DNA of 20,000 nt from the IMG/VR virus record IMGVR_UViG_2660238032_000003, one strand, 5' to 3'. The notes below the pieces were generated by a model. It did not search any database and was not told the DNA's origin. It saw nothing but the letters and a program-made list of their open reading frames with translations. The stretch comes from an uncultured virus (IMG/VR IMGVR_UViG_2660238032_000003). Its lineage: Duplodnaviria; Heunggongvirae; Uroviricota; Caudoviricetes. The position numbers and the translations under genes were made by a program. The stretch's first letter is position 1, and each line of letters begins with the position of its first letter. This document shows positions 15,361 to 20,000 of this stretch, piece after piece.

Positions 15361-16067
15361 ATTTCTAAACCTGGAACTGCTGTATAAGTTTTTATACTAG
15401 TAAGTTCCTCGATTTCTTCTCTAAATCTATTTGGGTCTCCATTATCTCCACTTATGTGTATTAATGTAATATCTTTAGTTTTTTCTAAATTCCACGTTTG
15501 AAGAGTTTCTTTTAAAGTTTCTAAACTCATATGACTTTTTATTGTCCTAGCTCTCCATTGTGGTAATGTTGGTAATACATCTTCTGAATAATTGCATTCT
15601 ATAAGCACATGATCTATATCTCTAAATGTATTCTTTAAGTAATAGGTATCTGTAGCAAATACTATCTTTCCAATTTCTTTGTGATAGATAAGAAATCCTA
15701 AAGGCTCACTAACATCATGCTGAGTATTAAAAGGTATCAATGTAAATCCTCCTATACTCTTTGATACATTGTGTCTTAAGTAATTTATTCTATTACTAAC
15801 CATTTCTATAGGTATCTTAAATTCAATTCCTGTTGCTGTTCCTTCGCTCATATAAACATTAACGCCACTTTTCATTGCATCATTTACGCCTTTACTATGG
15901 TCTTTGTGTTCATGAGTTATTAATGCACCCACAACCTTACTTAAATCATAATTAAGAGCTTTTTTGATATTCTTAAAGTTAAGTCCTAATTCAAGCAAGA
16001 GAATTTCTTCTCCTGCTTGAATAATATATGAATTTCCTGTTGATCCGCTAGCTACAACTTTAATCAT
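15354..16067 (-). CDS. metallo-beta-lactamase-fold hydrolase (probable nuclease)
   Basis: ASGSTGN, THEHKDH, HD, ATDT, ECNY and H motifs. Confidence 0.9.
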   Translation of the reverse strand: MIKVVASGSTGNSYIIQAGEEILLLELGLNFKNIKKALNYDLSKVVGALITHEHKDHSKGVNDAMKSGVNVYMSEGTATGIEFKIPIEMVSNRINYLRHNVSKSIGGFTLIPFNTQHDVSEPLGFLIYHKEIGKIVFATDTYYLKNTFRDIDHVLIECNYSEDVLPTLPQWRARTIKSHMSLETLKETLQTWNLEKTKDITLIHISGDNGDPNRFREEIEELTSIKTYTAVPGLEIK

Positions 16068-16948
16068 TAAAATGGTTCATCTCCCATTTCCATTTGCTTA
16101 TCTGCACCGTTAGTTACAACTTCTTCAGCTTTAACTTCTTCAACTGGAATATCAATAACTTCTTGATTAGCATTTTCTTTAATTTCTTCTTTAACTTCTT
16201 GATGTGTACTTTCAACAATATCTTCTGGATTATACTCATTGCTTCTATTAATTGATTCAATTAGCAAATCACTATCATCACTAGTACATACAAAGTTTTT
16301 ACAAGCTCTATTTATAACGGTTTTCTTAGCCATTTCATCAGCAAAATTTGTATGTGCTTTACTTGATCCCTTGGCTGCACCTTGCATCCATGAATTATGA
16401 ATTTGTTTATAGTTCATAACTTCAACATAATTCTTTCCATCTTCCATAACTATTACTGCATAAGCGCCTTTAATTTTATCTATATCTATATTTTCAAAAC
16501 TTTGATCATGTTTAGTAATTTTTTTAAGTCCAGTATCTAAATCTATTTCATATGAAAAATCATCTTTATCATAAATTACATTTGCATATATGTTTTTAAC
16601 TCCTTTTAATCTTTTAGTTGCTGCCATATTTCCTAAATATGATTTCATTAATTGAAGTTTTCCACCAAATGCTATAAAGTAACATTGTTTCTTAGCAGGA
16701 CTTAAACCTTGTATTGTCATATCTAAAAGAGCATTTATTATGCTTGATTGACTGCAGGTTTGTAAAACTGATTTTCCATTCTTATCTACAGTTTCATTAA
16801 GTATTAAATATGCACTCTTAAGAGCATTAGAATAACTGTAATTACCTGGCATAGTTATATCTCCTGTGCCTTCTAATTCCTTAATTCTTGTTAATACCTT
16901 ATCTGTAATGTTTTTCTCTTGTATTGCTACTGATTTATTTTCACTCAT
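16067..16948 (-). CDS. recT: RecT-family single-strand annealing protein
   Basis: GLSPAKKQCYFI, SYLG and EMAKKTVINRACK motifs. Confidence 0.9.
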   Translation of the reverse strand: MSENKSVAIQEKNITDKVLTRIKELEGTGDITMPGNYSYSNALKSAYLILNETVDKNGKSVLQTCSQSSIINALLDMTIQGLSPAKKQCYFIAFGGKLQLMKSYLGNMAATKRLKGVKNIYANVIYDKDDFSYEIDLDTGLKKITKHDQSFENIDIDKIKGAYAVIVMEDGKNYVEVMNYKQIHNSWMQGAAKGSSKAHTNFADEMAKKTVINRACKNFVCTSDDSDLLIESINRSNEYNPEDIVESTHQEVKEEIKENANQEVIDIPVEEVKAEEVVTNGADKQMEMGDEPF

Positions 16949-18921
16949 TATTTATCTACCTCAACTTTCAATTTCTTATCTAAGCTAACAACTAACTTAA
17001 TTAGTTGACTATCTGTTTTATTTATTTCATTTATTGCTTCAGCATTATCTATAAATACCGGAGCTGAAATATTGTAATGTTCACAAAGCGTATTTATAAT
17101 GCTAAGTCCTGCATTTATTTGACTAGCTGTATTTGCATTACTGAAAGGAACACCATTGATAAGTGCTTCACATGTTTCTGCTAAACCGCCATTCACTTGT
17201 TGATTGAATAACTTGAATGTTACTGCACCTTTAAATTTCTTATTAATACTATCTTCTAAAAGCTCAACTTTAGTTCTTATAAACTCTTCACCTAGATATT
17301 GTTGTCCTTCAAGTTCTGCTATCTTAATTTGTAAGTCCTTTTCTTCTTGATTAAGTTCTTCCATTCTCTTCTTAAGTTCAGCATTAGTATCTTTCTTACC
17401 TAATGTTTTTGTTATATCTTCTAATTCTTCTTGTAATGCTCTCTTTTCATTCTTAAGTAAACTATTGTCTGCTGATTTAAAATCATTAACTTGAGCTTGT
17501 AGACCATCAATTTTAATTTGTAATTCATCTTCTCCTTCAACTATTGGCTTTACACAATCTATCTTTTGTTTTTGACATTCTAATTCTTCTAAGTTTTGAT
17601 CTAATACAAATTTTCTTCCTTCCAAATCAACAATTTTACTTTTGATTTCTTCTAATTCCTTTTCACTAGATTGAATCTTAGCTTCTAGACTTTTAATATC
17701 AGTAGCTATTGTTTTACCATCAGCAATAATTTTTGATATAATTTTAGATTTGTGTTCACTAAATTTCATTTCAACATTATTTTTGATTTCTTCGATTTTA
17801 TCTAAATCATATTCTCTTCCACAATGTGGACAACTAGATAATGAACTATCAAATTTAAACTCTTTATCATCTTCTAAATGATATTTATTAAGCAATTCTT
17901 GTTTTTTAAGTTTTTGATGTTCTAAATCTTCTTTCATAGATTCAATATATTTAAGAGTTCTTTCTCTATCTCTTTCTGAATCTTGAATTTTATAAGCTAA
18001 ATCTTGAGCATTATTTCTTACTTGATTTATATTGTTTTGAATATTATCTAAAGGCTTATTTGCACTTTTTAAAGCTTCTTGTTGTTTTTTAGAACGTTCC
18101 TCCTTAAGTTTATAGAGTTCATCTTGAAGCTTTAATTTTTCTTCATTAACTTTAGATGCATCTGCTATTTCTTCATCAATAATGTTAATCTTGCTTTGAA
18201 TATATGACTTTTTAATTTCTAATTTTGAAAAATCAATTTCTACTATTGAGTTATTACATTCATCTATACGATAAGGTATTGATTTAACTTGTTCTTTAAG
18301 TTTTGAAATACTAGCCTTGGTTCTTTTATTGAAGTTATCAATACCATCTGTTAATAGCTTCTTAAGTGGTGATAAAGCTTTGTTATAGTTGATTACATTT
18401 TCTTCACTTATGTCTCCTATAATGTCTAAAAGTATTTCTCTTTGTTTGGTCCAGTTAAGTGAGCTAAAATATAATGGATTAGTAATCATCTTAAACAAAT
18501 TTTCATCTACAAGCTCTGATATAGCTGCTTGATATTCTTTTTGCTTTACTGGAATATCATCTATTTCATAATCTGTAGTGCAACCCTTAAGTTCTTTTTC
18601 AGCACTTCCCCTAGTTTTTTGCCACTTTTCTTTGTAAGTTCTTTTAAATGTTTTTTCTGTTCCATCAATGTCTAAATAGCCTGTAACGTAATGCTCTAAA
18701 CCATGAATTACATCATTGTTACCATCTAATGTTTGAATTTCAAAATCCTTTTTATCATGACTATCCTTTCCAAACAATAACCAGTTAAATCCATCAAATA
18801 TAGTGCTTTTGCCTGTTCCATTCTCTCCTAAAATAGTAGTAACTGTTCCAAATGTAACTGTTAAGTGTTTAATCCCTTTAAAATTTTTAAGTTCTAATTT
18901 TTTTAGTTTAATCAACTTCAT
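16948..18921 (-). CDS. SMC/Rad50-like AAA ATPase
   Basis: NFKGI, Walker A GENGTGKS, long coiled coils, CPHC zinc hook, Walker B VFIDNAE. Confidence 0.9.
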   Translation of the reverse strand: MKLIKLKKLELKNFKGIKHLTVTFGTVTTILGENGTGKSTIFDGFNWLLFGKDSHDKKDFEIQTLDGNNDVIHGLEHYVTGYLDIDGTEKTFKRTYKEKWQKTRGSAEKELKGCTTDYEIDDIPVKQKEYQAAISELVDENLFKMITNPLYFSSLNWTKQREILLDIIGDISEENVINYNKALSPLKKLLTDGIDNFNKRTKASISKLKEQVKSIPYRIDECNNSIVEIDFSKLEIKKSYIQSKINIIDEEIADASKVNEEKLKLQDELYKLKEERSKKQQEALKSANKPLDNIQNNINQVRNNAQDLAYKIQDSERDRERTLKYIESMKEDLEHQKLKKQELLNKYHLEDDKEFKFDSSLSSCPHCGREYDLDKIEEIKNNVEMKFSEHKSKIISKIIADGKTIATDIKSLEAKIQSSEKELEEIKSKIVDLEGRKFVLDQNLEELECQKQKIDCVKPIVEGEDELQIKIDGLQAQVNDFKSADNSLLKNEKRALQEELEDITKTLGKKDTNAELKKRMEELNQEEKDLQIKIAELEGQQYLGEEFIRTKVELLEDSINKKFKGAVTFKLFNQQVNGGLAETCEALINGVPFSNANTASQINAGLSIINTLCEHYNISAPVFIDNAEAINEINKTDSQLIKLVVSLDKKLKVEVDK

Positions 18922-18972
18922 ACCCTCCTAATTTTCTTTAAAATGTGTTATACTGAACATGAATTATTTTCT

Positions 18973-19020
18973 AAGTTACTAAGATTTAAGTTTGGTCGCT
19001 TTGCTTAGTAGCTTTTCTTT
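18973..19020. terminator. stem-loop/terminator upstream of the ATPase gene
   Basis: AAGTTACTAAG...CTTAGTAGCTT followed by TTCTTT on the plus strand. Confidence 0.45.
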
Positions 19021-19183
19021 ATCTTTTAATATCTGAAAGTAGTCTATCAAATACTTCCATAACTTCGCTCATATCATCTTCAAGTTTTCTAAATACATCT
19101 TTCGTTCCTTCTAAATTTCCATCATCTAGTTGTCCTCTTACCTCTATAATGTCTTGTTTTAAATCATAGATTGATATTGACAT
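19019..19183 (-). CDS. 54-aa acidic hypothetical protein (not in ORF track)
   Basis: MSISIYDLKQDIIEVRGQLDDGNLEGTKDVFRKLEDDMSEVMEVFDRLLSDIKR; SD GGAGGTGA. Confidence 0.7.
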   Translation of the reverse strand: MSISIYDLKQDIIEVRGQLDDGNLEGTKDVFRKLEDDMSEVMEVFDRLLSDIKR

Positions 19184-19195
19184 TGACTCACCTCC

Positions 19196-19339
19196 CTATC
19201 GGACTATTTGTAATATAGGAAATCTTTTAATTGTAGTTTTAAATTCATCTTCTGCTAAGAAATAATTTCCTGAGATTTTTATGATTTCAAATCTATTACT
19301 CTTATATGTGAAATCTTTTCCTATTCTTAAGCAAGACAC
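19196..19339 (-). CDS. 47-aa hypothetical protein (GTG start, not in ORF track)
   Basis: MSCLRIGKDFTYKSNRFEIIKISGNYFLAEDEFKTTIKRFPILQIVR; SD AAGGGGAG. Confidence 0.55.
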   Translation of the reverse strand: MSCLRIGKDFTYKSNRFEIIKISGNYFLAEDEFKTTIKRFPILQIVR

Positions 19340-19490
19340 TTGTTATTCTCCCCTTTCTTAATTCTTTAGCTTTTTGTTTTTCTTTTGTTTCTTTAGCTCT
19401 ACATTTAGGACAAATATATCCATTCATAGGCACTTGAGCTTTTATACTAATGTTCCAATATAAATTACATTTACAACACTTAGCATCCAT
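19302..19490 (-). CDS. small zinc-ribbon protein
   Basis: CCKC...CPKC; SD AGGTGA before ATG 19490. Confidence 0.65.
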   Translation of the reverse strand: MDAKCCKCNLYWNISIKAQVPMNGYICPKCRAKETKEKQKAKELRKGRITSVLLKNRKRFHI

Positions 19491-19499
19491 AGTAGTCAC

Positions 19500-19661
19500 C
19501 TAAATATTTATTAGGTAAACTAGTACTGGAATAACTGCTGCTACGGTAATAGATCCTTCTAAATCTTTTTTAGTACCTGCTAACTTAAATGTTCTTAAAG
19601 TTAAAATTGCAATAACTAATATTGAATAAAGATTTAAAAATGTTTTTCCACCCTCCAACAT
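19500..19661 (-). CDS. 53-aa two-TM membrane protein (not in ORF track)
   Basis: MLEGGKTFLNLYSILVIAILTLRTFKLAGTKKDLEGSITVAAVIPVLVYLINI; SD GGTGGGGG. Confidence 0.65.
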   Translation of the reverse strand: MLEGGKTFLNLYSILVIAILTLRTFKLAGTKKDLEGSITVAAVIPVLVYLINI

Positions 19662-19790
19662 TTTTACCCCCACCTTATTAAATTTTTGTAATAATATACA
19701 TTTCTCAGCATAGAATATATTGAGAAAGTATTTACTTTTTTAAGTTAATAAAAATTTTTTTAAAGGCATCTCTGCCCTTTTATCATAAGT

Positions 19791-20000
19791 TTAAAGTTCT
19801 AACTCTTTAATATCATTTAAATCTGATAAATCTTTTCCTGTATTATCCTTTATAAATCGTTCTAGCTCTTCTGCTGGTATTTTTATAGTTCCTAATCTAA
19901 TAGCTTTAAGTAGTCCTGTTCTAACTAAGTTATATACTGCATTTTTATTTATTTTTAGTAATTGTGATGTTTCAGCTACAGTATAAATAATTTCTCTCAT
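19791..20000 (-). CDS. excisionase-like HTH (HTH_17) DNA-binding protein
   Basis: YTVAETSQLLKINKNAVYNLVRTGLLKAIRLG pattern. Confidence 0.8.
   Translation of the reverse strand: MREIIYTVAETSQLLKINKNAVYNLVRTGLLKAIRLGTIKIPAEELERFIKDNTGKDLSDLNDIKELEL

Overview
AT-rich, Clostridium-like temperate phage/prophage segment with essentially all genes on the minus strand. Reading right to left: excisionase-like HTH protein and small early ORFs; SMC/Rad50-like ATPase, RecT and MBL hydrolase recombination module; replisome organizer/DnaD initiator with a probable internal origin; MazG-like and two HNH proteins; ssb; a ~3 kb array of small accessory genes (including DUF3850/ASCH and a PAPS-reductase-like PP-loop protein); an intact Xer-like tyrosine recombinase; nucleoid-associated protein; ORF6N/ORF6C antirepressor-like protein; RecU; a Pol-beta-type nucleotidyltransferase; a RinA/ArpU-type late regulator; a moron; a probable late promoter; small ORFs; and the probable start of the terminase small subunit at the left edge. 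The most notable signal is in the array between ssb and the recombinase. Most of its gene junctions carry variants of a 24-bp site (TTCACAATA-N6-wAgGatGAA on the minus strand) with quasi-palindromic arms and shared 6-bp spacers, which suggests an integron-like gene-cassette system run by the adjacent recombinase. A multi-stem RNA leader with a 10-codon uORF sequesters the start codon of the PAPS-reductase-like gene. All family assignments are from motif recognition by eye; no searches were run.
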